A DNA stretch of 64,000 nt. It comes from Candidatus Levyibacteriota bacterium (lineage in GTDB: Bacteria; Patescibacteriota; Microgenomatia; Levybacterales; UBA12049). Both the position numbers and the translations under genes were made by a program. How positions within the stretch are numbered: position 1 is the stretch's first letter; every line of letters starts with the position of its first letter. The notes beneath the pieces are model-generated. The model saw nothing but the letters and a program-made list of their open reading frames with translations, was not told the origin of the DNA and did no database searches. Of this stretch, positions 48,685 through 58,197 are shown in pieces. Where the stretch lies: NCBI GenBank assembly GCA_016182185.1, contig JACOXU010000003.1, positions 123,881 to 187,880 of the forward strand, read 5' to 3'.

Positions 48685-49041
48685 ATTTAAATTCATTCCA
48701 ACTTTTAGAACCAACAACTATATGAGCTTTTGTGATTACTTTTTCTGCAGGAATCAAATATTTTTCTCCATTACTGCAATAAATAAATAAGAAATCGAAA
48801 TCCTCGCTTTTATATCTATTATGATATGTCTTTTTTCTATATCCACCAAATGTTCTTAAATCAATATTGTAACCACCGCTTGATTCCTTGTCATCTGTAT
48901 ATTTACATTGAATCTTCTTAAAATTACCATCGTCTATCACCAAATCATACAAATCGCAATCCGCTATTGGAAGAAGAACAGTATTCCCTTTGGCTATAAA
49001 ATGATCGATGGCTACTCCCAATGCCAAACTTCCTTTTCGTT
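48680..49041 (-). CDS. hypothetical small protein with possible PD-(D/E)xK / Hjc-like nuclease core (start trimmed; track ORF reads through tRNA-Thr)
   Basis: about 120 aa; LLPIADCDLYDLVIDDGNFKKIQCK resembles restriction-endonuclease-like core; inserted between tRNA-Thr(TGT) and tRNA-Tyr. Confidence 0.3.
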
Positions 49042-49093
49042 TAGTATTCACGTATTTATTATACGTGGTTACTATACACGTGTCAATGTGCTG

Positions 49094-49165
49094 AGCCGAA
49101 GGTGGGATTCGAACCCACGACTTGCTGTTTACAAAACAGCTACTCTGCCACTGAGTTACTTCGGC
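49094..49165 (-). tRNA. tRNA-Thr (anticodon TGT)
   Basis: acceptor GCCGAAG/CTTCGGC, D-arm ACTCAGTGGCAGAGT, anticodon stem GCTGT/ACAGC loop TTTGTAA, T-arm GGGTTCGAATCCC. Confidence 0.7.
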
Positions 49166-49470
49166 CAATCCAACCTATTTTACCAAAAAGAAAATGAAAT
49201 TAATATCCCCTTTGGGGCCTGAACCAGAAGATTGTAGGAGAGATAAATTCGTCCTTGATACCGAGAACAGCTGGTGTCTCCCCATATATGTAATTTAGGA
49301 AGGCTATTAAATTTGGCGCACCAAACCTAAACTTGCCTCGTCCCCCCCCTTTTTTAAAAAAGAGGGGGTACCTCATATGTGGTGAATTTGTAGAGGAAAA
49401 ATATCCAACTTTCTCTAGTATCAAAGAACAAGAATAGTATAAATCTATTTACTGAAAAAAGTCAATCCCA

Positions 49471-49860
49471 TTATTCTCTTGTTTTAACCAGCTGAAAGTA
49501 ATTTCCATCAGGATCCGCGAGGGTTGCTATCAAACCGTAATTTTCAACGTGATAGATGTCTGCAACAATTTTTACTTTTTCCTTTTTAAGTCTCTTTAAC
49601 TCTTTTTCTATATCATCTACTTCAAGATTAAACATTACTCTATCAGGTGAAACGCTCTTCCCTTTCACTTTGGAATGATCAATTATATAAAGACTGACAT
49701 TATTTTTGAGATCAAATCCAATTCCGTATTCATTATTTTCGCCAAATTCCATCTCTTCAATGACTTTAAGTTTCAAGGTATCTTTGTAAAATTTACCCAG
49801 TTTTTTTGCATCTGGTGATCCTATCAGGATTGTTTCAAGTCCTAGTATCATTTTTTCCAC
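49471..49860 (-). CDS. VOC/glyoxalase-family protein
   Basis: 129 aa; paired beta-alpha-beta-beta-beta modules typical of glyoxalase I fold. Confidence 0.45.
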   Translation of the reverse strand: MEKMILGLETILIGSPDAKKLGKFYKDTLKLKVIEEMEFGENNEYGIGFDLKNNVSLYIIDHSKVKGKSVSPDRVMFNLEVDDIEKELKRLKKEKVKIVADIYHVENYGLIATLADPDGNYFQLVKTRE

Positions 49861-49983
49861 CTCCTTTGCCCGCCGAAGCCTTGTGCGAAGGCGGGTTCGC
49901 GCTTTACCAAGCTATAAAATCCCACTCAAAAAGTCAACCCCTTTCTTGCAAATAAATTGCTAATTGGTATAATTATCAACCGT

Positions 49984-50619
49984 ATGTCAGTCGAATCCTT
50001 AATCGGAAGAAAATATAGCCAAATTCTAGAAGCTCAATCCTATGTGAATGAAAAAGTTAGAAGAGAAAAGGAATTGGGCCATACAAGATCTCATATTTAT
50101 ATCGTTTCGAGTGTTTTTATAGATAAAGGACGAAAAGAACTTAAGGAAATTTCTGAAAAATTGAATAAATCAGGTATCAGGATTAATCCAATCTCCCACA
50201 TTCCTCTTTTCCGTCAAGTTCCCAAAACAGAGCGGAAAAAGGCAGGTTTGGCCTATGCAGCGCTTACTTTTGGAGTGGTAATGATTTCTGCTAAGCAACT
50301 CGTCGATGATAAGATATTCAGACCTTCGGAAATGGTTGGGCTGTTTAATTATTCTGTAGATGGAACTTTTATTCCTAAATGGAACTCGAATGGATTGGGA
50401 GATATCGCTATACCGAAACCCCAACAGCTACTTCTAAATAATTTTGCCCATGATGATCCTTCTCTTTCGTTCATATTCACAAAAGGATGGGAACAACTTC
50501 CCGAGCAATTAAGAAGAGTTATCGAGAACGTCGGTCTTGTTCCTCTGGCGACTACTGTACTTATCCCTCCCTATTCACGCCTTGTAAGAAAACAGATTAG
50601 AGAAACTAGAGGGCGATGA
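49984..50619 (+). CDS. hypothetical protein (start moved to ATG downstream of TTGCAA-17-TATAAT promoter)
   Basis: track ORF 49957..50619 begins with TTG inside promoter -10; ATG at 49984 preferred. Confidence 0.35.
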   Translation: MSVESLIGRKYSQILEAQSYVNEKVRREKELGHTRSHIYIVSSVFIDKGRKELKEISEKLNKSGIRINPISHIPLFRQVPKTERKKAGLAYAALTFGVVMISAKQLVDDKIFRPSEMVGLFNYSVDGTFIPKWNSNGLGDIAIPKPQQLLLNNFAHDDPSLSFIFTKGWEQLPEQLRRVIENVGLVPLATTVLIPPYSRLVRKQIRETRGR

Positions 50620-51229
50620 GTGATATTAAGCCTAGGCTTGTCCCAAGGAGTGCACCGCCTATCACATCGGAGGTCCAGTGTTCCCCCAGATAGACTCTGC
50701 TGACAAGCATAGCAATATCAAAGAGCAAAACTAGAGAGAAAAGTATGGTTTTCTGAAAGGGTGTTAGTTTTTTAGAACTTCCAATCATAAACATTAAAAC
50801 CATAGAAATAAATAGTGTCCGCGTGCTATGGCCGGACGGATAAGATGATCCCGGTTGAACATAAGAACTGGGAAAATTAAACGGAATATCGTTTCGAAAA
50901 AAAAGATAAGGAGGACCGGGATGAATAACAAAAATCTTTCCGTAAAGCTCAAGGAAAATCGCCGAAAAATATAAAATAAAAACCAATACAGCCTTAATTT
51001 TCCGCCTTATAATAACCAGAAATAACAAAAAAAGAGTTGATATTTCAAAACTACCTATAAGACTTAAAACTGAAAAAGGGGTGTCAAATCTTCTGCTTAT
51101 TCGGTCCTGAAGTTTAACCGTATTATCAAAATCTAATTGCGTAAATAAATCCTTGTGAACTAAATAAGAGAAGAGTATGAAAACCAAAAACAACAAAATA
51201 CCCAACAGAAAAAGATTTTTTTTATTCAT
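50606..51229 (-). CDS. PAP2-family membrane phosphatase
   Basis: 207 aa; PSGHS and SRVYLGEHWTSDV phosphatase motifs. Confidence 0.7.
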   Translation of the reverse strand: MNKKNLFLLGILLFLVFILFSYLVHKDLFTQLDFDNTVKLQDRISRRFDTPFSVLSLIGSFEISTLFLLFLVIIRRKIKAVLVFILYFSAIFLELYGKIFVIHPGPPYLFFRNDIPFNFPSSYVQPGSSYPSGHSTRTLFISMVLMFMIGSSKKLTPFQKTILFSLVLLFDIAMLVSRVYLGEHWTSDVIGGALLGTSLGLISLIAL

Positions 51230-51235
51230 GAAGAT

Positions 51236-52126
51236 CTAGAACTTTAACCCTTCGAGAAACTTGCGGAAATCTCCATTTATATCTTCGTGTTCAAGCCCAA
51301 ATTCAACCACAGTCTTCATGTATTCGAGCTTGTTTCCTGTATCATAGTACTTTCCGCCTCTAATTTCTGAGGCAATCATTCTTTTTTCATCCGAAAGCAT
51401 GAGTTTAAGCGCATCGTTATAATATAGCTCCTCCCCTTCGTTTAAATTAGCCATTGCTTTATGAATATATTCAAAAATATCCGGAGTAAATATAAATCCT
51501 GAGACAGTAGCAAGATCAGACGGTGCATTTTTTTTGCCGGGTTTTTCTATGATCTTATCTACATCAATTAAACCCTCCTTTAATTTTTTTCCTCCTGCAA
51601 ATCCATATTTTTCATAATCCCCTTCGCTTCTTGCCTTGACAGCGCTTAAAACAGAACATCCATACTCCTCGTACACATTAATTAACTGTTTAAAACGCGA
51701 AGGATCAGCCTTGATAAAATCATCGCTCCAGGTATAAATAAATGGCTCATCGCCAATGATTGCCTCAACATTAAGAAGCGGGGTTCCATTCCCGTATGGC
51801 CCTTTTTGCCTTATGTATACAAAATTTGCCAGAGTTGAAATATTCTCAACATCTTCAATCAGTTTAAGTTTTGTTTCCCCGCCGTTACGGAGATTTTCAA
51901 TAAGCTCAAGACTGGGTCTATCGAAATGATCTTCGATTGTTCTTTTGTGATATCCTGTAACAATAATTATGTCTTCTATTCCAACTCCGACAAGTTCTTC
52001 CACAATATATTGAATTATCGGCTTGTCAACAATTGGCAGCATTTCCTTAGGCATCGCCTTTGTTTGAGGCAAAAATCTGGTGCCAAAACCTGCCGCGGGA
52101 ATTACAGCCTTGCGTATTTTCTTCAT
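51236..52126 (-). CDS. galU: UTP-glucose-1-phosphate uridylyltransferase
   Basis: 296 aa; AVIPAAGFGTRFLPQTKAMPKEMLPIVDKP signature. Confidence 0.85.
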   Translation of the reverse strand: MKKIRKAVIPAAGFGTRFLPQTKAMPKEMLPIVDKPIIQYIVEELVGVGIEDIIIVTGYHKRTIEDHFDRPSLELIENLRNGGETKLKLIEDVENISTLANFVYIRQKGPYGNGTPLLNVEAIIGDEPFIYTWSDDFIKADPSRFKQLINVYEEYGCSVLSAVKARSEGDYEKYGFAGGKKLKEGLIDVDKIIEKPGKKNAPSDLATVSGFIFTPDIFEYIHKAMANLNEGEELYYNDALKLMLSDEKRMIASEIRGGKYYDTGNKLEYMKTVVEFGLEHEDINGDFRKFLEGLKF

Positions 52127-52310
52127 AACAAACTAGTCTATCGTCATATGGTAAATGGTAAATTGTAAATTGTCAATCCCGCCAAGAGGCGGGACTCTTT
52201 ACATGTCAGTTAACTTTTGTTAAAATAACAAAAGCAAATTCTAAATTCAAAATCCTAAATTCTAAATAAACTCAATATCAGAATTTTGAAAATTAAAAAT
52301 TATTTGGGAT

Positions 52311-52529
52311 TTGGTGCTTGAAATTTGGGATTTATTTTTTGTTATGGCAACCACACCAACGGTTTTCTTAAAGGAAGTTCAGGATGAGCTTAAGAAGGTT
52401 ACCTGGCCCACCAGAAGTGAGGTTATAAGACTCACCGCTGTAGTAATCATTGTAAGTCTTATCGTCGGGGTTTTTTTAGGCGGATTGGATTTTGTTTTTG
52501 TCAACGTTACAAAACTATTACTAAAATAG
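52311..52529 (+). CDS. secE: preprotein translocase subunit SecE
   Basis: 72 aa; KVTWPTRSEV + single TM; precedes nusG. Confidence 0.8.
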   Translation: MVLEIWDLFFVMATTPTVFLKEVQDELKKVTWPTRSEVIRLTAVVIIVSLIVGVFLGGLDFVFVNVTKLLLK

Positions 52530-52568
52530 TTTAGAAATTAGAAATTAAGATTTAGAAATTTTAAGGAT

Positions 52569-53159
52569 ATGGATACTCAAAAAACAGAACAGTCAAAGGA
52601 AAATATACCGTCCAAATCGGACAAAAAAGTTTCAGGACAAGATAAGTGGTACATAGTTCATACCTACTCGGGCCATGAAGACAGAGTTACCAAGTCTCTC
52701 AAACAAAGAGTTCAAAGTTTGGGTTTTGAGGACAGAATTTTTGATATTATCGTTCCTAAACGAAATACAATCAAGGTGTCAGGAGGCAAAAAGGAATCCG
52801 TCAAGGAAAAGATTTTCCCCGGATATATTATAGTCAGAATGATCTTAGATGATGAGAGCTGGCTTTTGGTTCGAACCACACAAGGCGTTACCTCTTTCAT
52901 TGGTGCCGGAAATAAACCGACTCCGATTTCCGAAAAGGAAGTAGAAGCTATTCAGAAATTTATGACCATGGAGGAACCCCTTTACAAAGCTGCTTTTACC
53001 AAGGGTGAAGCTGTAAAAATTATTGACGGGCCCTTCGCAGACTTCTTAGGAACCATCGACGAGATTGATGAAGCCAAAGGGAGGCTTAAGGTTTTGGTTT
53101 CAATCTTCGGGCGCGAAACACCCGTGGAATTGGACTTTCTGCAGGTGACGAAGCTTTAA
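52569..53159 (+). CDS. nusG: transcription antiterminator NusG
   Basis: 196 aa; NGN domain [16 protein letters not shown]-terminal KOW. Confidence 0.9.
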   Translation: MDTQKTEQSKENIPSKSDKKVSGQDKWYIVHTYSGHEDRVTKSLKQRVQSLGFEDRIFDIIVPKRNTIKVSGGKKESVKEKIFPGYIIVRMILDDESWLLVRTTQGVTSFIGAGNKPTPISEKEVEAIQKFMTMEEPLYKAAFTKGEAVKIIDGPFADFLGTIDEIDEAKGRLKVLVSIFGRETPVELDFLQVTKL

Positions 53160-53261
53160 TTCTAAAATAGAAAATCAAAAATAAAAGATAAAAAATACAT
53201 ATGAAAAATAAAATAGAAAGAAATATTTTATATTTAATTTTTAATATTTAATATTCCAACC

Positions 53262-53684
53262 ATGGCAAAAAAGATTAAAACTATTATTAAATTAAATATC
53301 TCAGGCGGAGAAGCAACTCCTGCTCCGCCCGTGGGTCCGGCATTGGGGCAGCACGGACTCCCTATCATGGAGTTTGTCAAAGCCTTCAACGATAAAACTG
53401 CCGATCAAAAAGGAACTATAATTCCTGCGGTTATTACTGTTTACGAAGACCGCACCTTTTCTTTTATCACCAAGAAACCGCCAGTGGCTGAAATGATCAA
53501 AAAAGCAGCAGGTCTTGAAAAAGGTTCCCAAAAACCGGGACGAGAATCAGGCGGAACACTGTCCAAAGCCCAGGTTGAAGAAATTGCCAAAGCCAAGATG
53601 GAAGATCTCAACGCAAATGATCTTGAGGCAGCAGCGAAAATTGTTGAAGGTGCAGCAAGATCAATGGGAATACAAGTAAAGTAG
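53262..53684 (+). CDS. rplK: 50S ribosomal protein L11
   Basis: 140 aa; [11 protein letters not shown] motif. Confidence 0.9.
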   Translation: MAKKIKTIIKLNISGGEATPAPPVGPALGQHGLPIMEFVKAFNDKTADQKGTIIPAVITVYEDRTFSFITKKPPVAEMIKKAAGLEKGSQKPGRESGGTLSKAQVEEIAKAKMEDLNANDLEAAAKIVEGAARSMGIQVK

Positions 53685-53773
53685 CTCAGAGTTAAAAACT
53701 AAGAGTTAAAAGTTAAAAAAGTTTTTAGTTATTCGTTTTTAGTTCTTAGCTTGACTGACTGAAAGGAAAAAAC

Positions 53774-54601
53774 ATGGGAAAAGTAAGAGTAAAAACTTTC
53801 GGGTTACCCGAAGAAGAACAAGAAAAGAAAAAGTTAAAGCAAAAAAAAGAAGCCAAAAAGATGGCCAAAGCTCCCGGTCTTAAGGGCGGAGAGCGCGTAG
53901 TTTCTGTGGGCCCAAGCGAGGAAGAAATTTTGGAATCTGCAGAAAATGTTCAAGAAGTCTCTGAGGAAACTCAGGAAAAAAAGACAAAATCGAAAAAAGA
54001 AAAATTCATTAAAAAAAGGACGAGATCCCAAAGATACCAGCAAAGCGCACAGGTTTTGGACAAAACAAAAACATATTCGTTAAATCAAGCGTTGGAGCTT
54101 CTTTCCAAATTCCAGAAAACAAAATTCGATGAAACAGTCGAGCTTCACGTCAATACAACTCAAGGCGGTGTTTCCGCAACTATTGCCCTTCCCCATGGAA
54201 CAGGCAAGAAAGTGCGGGTTGCTGTTGCGGATGAGAAATTAATTACAGAAATAGAAACAGGGAAGATTAATTTTGACATACTTGTCTCAACTCCTGCGAT
54301 GATGCCCAAGCTTGCCAAAGTTGCCAAAATTTTAGGCCCGCGTGGACTTATGCCCAATCCCAAAAATGGTACGATAACCGACAAACCCCAGGATCTTATC
54401 AAAAAGTATGAAGACGGACAGATTAATATCCGAACAGAAGCCAAAGCTCCATTAATTCACCTCACAGTGGGTAAAGTTTCTTTTGGAGAAAAAAAACTGG
54501 CGGACAATATAGAAAGCATAATCAGTGCAATCAAGAAGGAAAATATCACAAAAGTCATCCTTAAATCCACCATGTCCCCCGGAATAAAAATTAAGGTATA
54601 A
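53774..54601 (+). CDS. rplA: 50S ribosomal protein L1 with about 75-aa K/E-rich N-terminal extension
   Basis: 275 aa; L1 core from YSLNQALELL onward. Confidence 0.85.
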   Translation: MGKVRVKTFGLPEEEQEKKKLKQKKEAKKMAKAPGLKGGERVVSVGPSEEEILESAENVQEVSEETQEKKTKSKKEKFIKKRTRSQRYQQSAQVLDKTKTYSLNQALELLSKFQKTKFDETVELHVNTTQGGVSATIALPHGTGKKVRVAVADEKLITEIETGKINFDILVSTPAMMPKLAKVAKILGPRGLMPNPKNGTITDKPQDLIKKYEDGQINIRTEAKAPLIHLTVGKVSFGEKKLADNIESIISAIKKENITKVILKSTMSPGIKIKV

Positions 54602-54617
54602 ATTAATTTTCTGCTCT

Positions 54618-55940
54618 TTATTTCAATTTGTCACTAACAAAGACGTCTCCTGCAAGCGGAATTCTTGGACCTCTTCTTATCTTCCACTTGGGTAATTCCC
54701 CGTGTTTTGAAAGCACTTCGTCATAATATGCGACATGTTGTCCAGCGATTATTTTCCAGGCAAATCTTTCCCGAACATCCTGTCCTGATTTCACTCTTAT
54801 TTCTCTGGCGGCCTCCTCCGGAAGACTTAAAACCCTATTTATCTGAGTTGCAAGACTATCGGAATCAAAAGGCCTTGCCATAAATCCATATAAATCATCA
54901 CCTATTGCCTCATTCTGTCCTCTAATGTCAGTACAAACCACCAATGTTCCACAGCTTCTGGCCTCAGCTATCGTTCTGTTGAATCCCTCTCCTCCAATTG
55001 ATGGAGCAACTACAACATCCGCACTTCTGTAAGCCCGCGCAAGATCTTCTTTGGATAAGACTCCAAGAAATTCTACGTCAGGAATGTCCTCTTTTTTAAC
55101 TATTTCTTTTAACCTTTCCGTCATGTCCCCTTTCCCGGCTAGTTTTAATTTAAGAGCATCAAATCCTACCCGTCTCAAAGAGGCATAAGCCTGCAAGAGA
55201 TATTCAAGTCCTTTCCGCCCGTCATGTCTTCCGGCAAAAAAGATCGTTTTCTTTCCATCTTCCCATTTTTCAAGTTTTGGGCCATCCGGATTAAAAAATC
55301 CTACATTAATTCCGTTATAAATCACTCTGTACTCTCCCGGAAACATTTCATTCCAAAACTGCGCAGTCCCATTTGAGACTGCAATTCTTCCGCTCAAAGT
55401 CTTTTCTATTGTATTTACATATCCCATAGTCAATCCTGTAGGAATACCATAACTAAACTTTGGCCTGCGAAGTATCTTTGCTGCAATTGTATATGCCCTG
55501 GCCAGCGCATCGATTCCATGCGGAGGATAACCGGCATGAAATTGTCCGACAACAGGAACTATCCTTTTTTCATTTTCATCTTTGGGAATAGCAGAAAATA
55601 GTGTGTGCGAAGAATTGGGAACACCCGGCTCATGGGAAATAATAATATGAGGCTTTACAGCCTCAAGAATCTGCCTTGCTCTTCCTTTATTAAATGTCAC
55701 AGCGGCATCAATTTTGGTTTCGATGACAGGAATACTTACGGGATTGCCTAAATGATAATCCGCCCTGTCACTTTGTCTATTTTTATTGGTAGGACCAAGT
55801 GTCCTCACATCACAGCCCTGTGCCTCAAGAAACGGGATTATTTCCTGTATAAAACTACTAACCCCGCTGGGATAATCAGTTCTGATCGGATATGGTGAAT
55901 GAATTAAGACTTTAAGACTTGATCGTCTTTCCTGATTCAT
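54618..55940 (-). CDS. GT4-family glycosyltransferase
   Basis: 440 aa; C-terminal EGFNRTIAEARSCGTLVV (E-x7-E region). Confidence 0.7.
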   Translation of the reverse strand: MNQERRSSLKVLIHSPYPIRTDYPSGVSSFIQEIIPFLEAQGCDVRTLGPTNKNRQSDRADYHLGNPVSIPVIETKIDAAVTFNKGRARQILEAVKPHIIISHEPGVPNSSHTLFSAIPKDENEKRIVPVVGQFHAGYPPHGIDALARAYTIAAKILRRPKFSYGIPTGLTMGYVNTIEKTLSGRIAVSNGTAQFWNEMFPGEYRVIYNGINVGFFNPDGPKLEKWEDGKKTIFFAGRHDGRKGLEYLLQAYASLRRVGFDALKLKLAGKGDMTERLKEIVKKEDIPDVEFLGVLSKEDLARAYRSADVVVAPSIGGEGFNRTIAEARSCGTLVVCTDIRGQNEAIGDDLYGFMARPFDSDSLATQINRVLSLPEEAAREIRVKSGQDVRERFAWKIIAGQHVAYYDEVLSKHGELPKWKIRRGPRIPLAGDVFVSDKLK

Positions 55941-55959
55941 AGGGTGGATTCTAGCATTT

Positions 55960-56170
55960 CCCTAGTTAGGTTTCAATAAACTTCTTGACTATTCCAAAAT
56001 GTTTTGCTAAACTTACAAAACCTAAGACAGCAAGAGTTCAGCGGCTAGCAATTAGTAATTAGCCACTAGAACATAAACACTTGCCGAGGATATTAGCAAC
56101 TAGCCACTAGTAGCTGGATACTAGTTGCTTCGCTACTCGCTTAGGCGAGTTTTTTTATGAGCAAATAACT
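55960..56170 (+). promoter_or_regulatory. rplJ (L10) leader: promoter TTGACT-17-TAAACT, stem-loops and intrinsic-terminator-like attenuator (CTCGC-TTAG-GCGAG-T7)
   Basis: about 190-nt leader with alternative stems (GGCTA...TAGCC; GCAACTAG...CTAGTTGC) ending in hairpin+T-run 56136..56157 just before rplJ ATG. Confidence 0.45.
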
Positions 56171-56174
56171 ACAT

Positions 56175-56714
56175 ATGAGTAATAAAATAAGTACCAACAG
56201 ACAGAAAAAAGAACAGATAATTGCCGGCCTTAGCGAGAAGATCGAAAAGGCTCAAAGCATAGTCTTTACCAACTATCAGGGGCTTACTCACAAACAGCTT
56301 GAAGATCTTAAAAAAGCTTTAAGGGCTTTGAATGCAGAAATCATCGTAGTGAAAAATACCCTACTTGCCCGCGCGCTTCAAATTTCATCCGCCAATTCGG
56401 CGGATCAAATTTCAAATTTTGAGGGCCCTACCGGTGCCCTCTTTATCTATGAAGATATCATTCTTCCTCTAAAACAGCTAGCCAAAAGTATCAAATTATT
56501 AGGTTTGCCCACGATAAAATTTGGCATATTGGATAATCAAGCGCTAACCGGCGAACAGGTGCTAAAATTAGCCTCACTTCCCTCCCGTGAAGTCCTCCTA
56601 GCGCAAGTGGTCGGCGGACTCAAGTCGCCTATTTATGGACTACATCGCGCACTTAATTGGAACCTTAATAAACTTGCATTAACAATCTCTGCTATAAGGC
56701 AGAACAAATCCTAA
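56175..56714 (+). CDS. rplJ: 50S ribosomal protein L10
   Basis: 179 aa; typical L10 N-terminus. Confidence 0.85.
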   Translation: MSNKISTNRQKKEQIIAGLSEKIEKAQSIVFTNYQGLTHKQLEDLKKALRALNAEIIVVKNTLLARALQISSANSADQISNFEGPTGALFIYEDIILPLKQLAKSIKLLGLPTIKFGILDNQALTGEQVLKLASLPSREVLLAQVVGGLKSPIYGLHRALNWNLNKLALTISAIRQNKS

Positions 56715-56719
56715 GCACA

Positions 56720-56805
56720 AAATTCAAAACAGTTTGGAATTTGGGATTTTGAGAATTGGAATTTGTTTAGAATTTAGATATTTGGATTTAGAAATTACCG
56801 ACCGA
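56720..56805. repeat. intergenic degenerate tandem repeat array between rplJ and rplL
   Basis: GTTTGGAATTTGGGATTTTGAGAATTGGAATTTGTTTAGAATTTAGATATTTGGATTTAGAAATT. Confidence 0.5.
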
Positions 56806-56819
56806 AGGGAGGTGTACAT

Positions 56820-57221
56820 ATGGCAGAAAAGAAATCGAAAATTGATGAATTAATGAAGACAGTCGAGGAAATGTCTGTTCTTGAACTTTCAGAGTTTGTG
56901 AAAGCACTGGAAGAAAAATTTGGTGTAACTGCACAAGCTATGGCCACGTCAAACGTGGTTACAGGAGGAAGCGAAGCCGCGTCTGACGCGGAGCCGAAAG
57001 AGGAACAAACAGTCTTTAACGTAGTAGTCGCAAGTTCCGGCGCCAACAAAATCTCTGTTATCAAAGCCTTAAGAGAACTCGTTCCCACATTGGGACTTAA
57101 AGAAGCCAAAGATTTGGTCGATGCAGCTCCAAAAGAAGTAATGACCCAAGTCAACAAAAAAACAGCAGACGAAGCCAAGGAAAAACTCACGGCAGCCGGC
57201 GCAACAATAGAGCTAAAGTAA
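56820..57221 (+). CDS. rplL: 50S ribosomal protein L7/L12
   Basis: 133 aa; NTD MAEKKSKIDELMKTVEEMSVLELSEFVKALEEKFGV, Ala/Glu hinge, CTD; carries 26-nt GC element in hinge. Confidence 0.9.
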   Translation: MAEKKSKIDELMKTVEEMSVLELSEFVKALEEKFGVTAQAMATSNVVTGGSEAASDAEPKEEQTVFNVVVASSGANKISVIKALRELVPTLGLKEAKDLVDAAPKEVMTQVNKKTADEAKEKLTAAGATIELK

Positions 57222-57239
57222 GAATCGCTAAAAAGTCTT

Positions 57240-57350
57240 AACGAGTCTTAATGAGATTTCTTAACGATCTTAACGATACGGGATCGTCAAATGTCATCAA
57301 ATGTCATCAAAGAAATGCGTTGTTCTTACGTAATTATCTGCGTAATTCTG
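57240..57350. repeat. cluster of short direct-repeat iterons downstream of rplL
   Basis: 4x CTTAAYGA(G/T), 2.5x GTCATCAAAT, 2x GCGTAATTnTCTGCG, followed by palindrome GGGCAACAAGTTGCCC and TTGACA. Confidence 0.5.
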
Positions 57351-57471
57351 CGGAGGGCAACAAGTTGCCCCTTGACAAGAAGTGTTATGGTTTGTTATTT
57401 TGTAGATAGTTAACTTATATATTGATCCTAATTAAATATGGATTGATTAGAATAAATATAGTCTTGAGCCT

Positions 57472-57687
57472 ATGAGTAATCAAACTCTATCAATCAATAA
57501 TCTTCCTGATCTTCTTACTGTTCGTGAAGTTGCTCAAATTCTCCGTGTTTCTCCGCTTACTATAAAACGCTGGGGCAAAAGAGGTAAGCTTCCTGCCATC
57601 CGTATAAATTCCCGTGGCGACCGAAGATATAAAAAAGAAGCAGTAATGTGGCTACTTGGCATACAGGAAAAAAGAGAAATCCTCTAG
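57472..57687 (+). CDS. excisionase-family (MerR-like) HTH DNA-binding protein
   Basis: 71 aa; LLTVREVAQILRVSPLTIKRWGKRGKLPAIRINSRGDRRYKKE matches helix_turn_helix excisionase-family pattern. Confidence 0.55.
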   Translation: MSNQTLSINNLPDLLTVREVAQILRVSPLTIKRWGKRGKLPAIRINSRGDRRYKKEAVMWLLGIQEKREIL

Positions 57688-57781
57688 AAAATTCCTAAAT
57701 CCTAATTACCCTAATTACTCTAAATAAATCCCAAGTCCCAATTTTAAATTTTTAGATCAATTAGGTCAATTAGAAATTAGG
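57688..57781. repeat. intergenic degenerate tandem repeat array (AATTAGGTCAATTAGAAATTAGG family)
   Basis: CCTAAATCCTAATTACCCTAATTACTCTAAAT...TTAGATCAATTAGGTCAATTAGAAATTAGGTTAATTA. Confidence 0.5.
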
Positions 57782-58135
57782 TTAATTATTAATACTTAAT
57801 ATCCTTCCAAATATTCTGATTAGAGCTTCGCTTTCATCCTCAATAAACCCGATTGTCTGATGAGGCTTTCTACCCTCTGAGCTCTTCAGGATTTTTACCC
57901 AGTATTTAGTTTCTCTCATTTCTCTTTTGGCCTGTGTCATTTTAAACACGAAGTCTTTCCCTTCTGCAACTTTGGCTTTTTCATAAACCTCCTCTGCCAT
58001 TTTGATCTTGCGCGTAATCTGATTGGAAAGTACAAAATTCACACTGCTGTAAGGAAGTTTCTCCCTAAGCTCCATTGCGAAAGACAGGAGGTTCAATATC
58101 CTTCTCTCTATATAATGCGTTAGTTCAATACTCAT
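57782..58135 (-). CDS. four-helix-bundle protein (PF05635 / bAvd-like)
   Basis: 117 aa; RETKYWVKILKSS ... EALIRIFGRIL matches conserved ETxYWL core of family. Confidence 0.5.
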   Translation of the reverse strand: MSIELTHYIERRILNLLSFAMELREKLPYSSVNFVLSNQITRKIKMAEEVYEKAKVAEGKDFVFKMTQAKREMRETKYWVKILKSSEGRKPHQTIGFIEDESEALIRIFGRILSINN

Positions 58136-58197
58136 ATTATAAAATTTCTAAATCCTAATTATTCTAATTACTAATCAAATCCCAATTCTCCAATTTA

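Noticed and set aside
48680-49168. Track ORF of 162 aa as a real protein from 49168
   Set aside because: Its first about 25 codons are a read-through of tRNA-Thr(TGT) (49094..49165). Only the part downstream of the tRNA is plausible coding.
49200-49424. 74-aa ORF in the tRNA/VOC spacer
   Set aside because: It has no RBS or start context and spans the palindromic hairpin element. It is more likely non-coding.
57360-57380. GGGCAACAAGTTGCCC as the rplL intrinsic terminator
   Set aside because: The palindrome has only a 2-nt centre and no downstream T-run. It is recorded as part of the iteron and palindrome cluster rather than a confident terminator.
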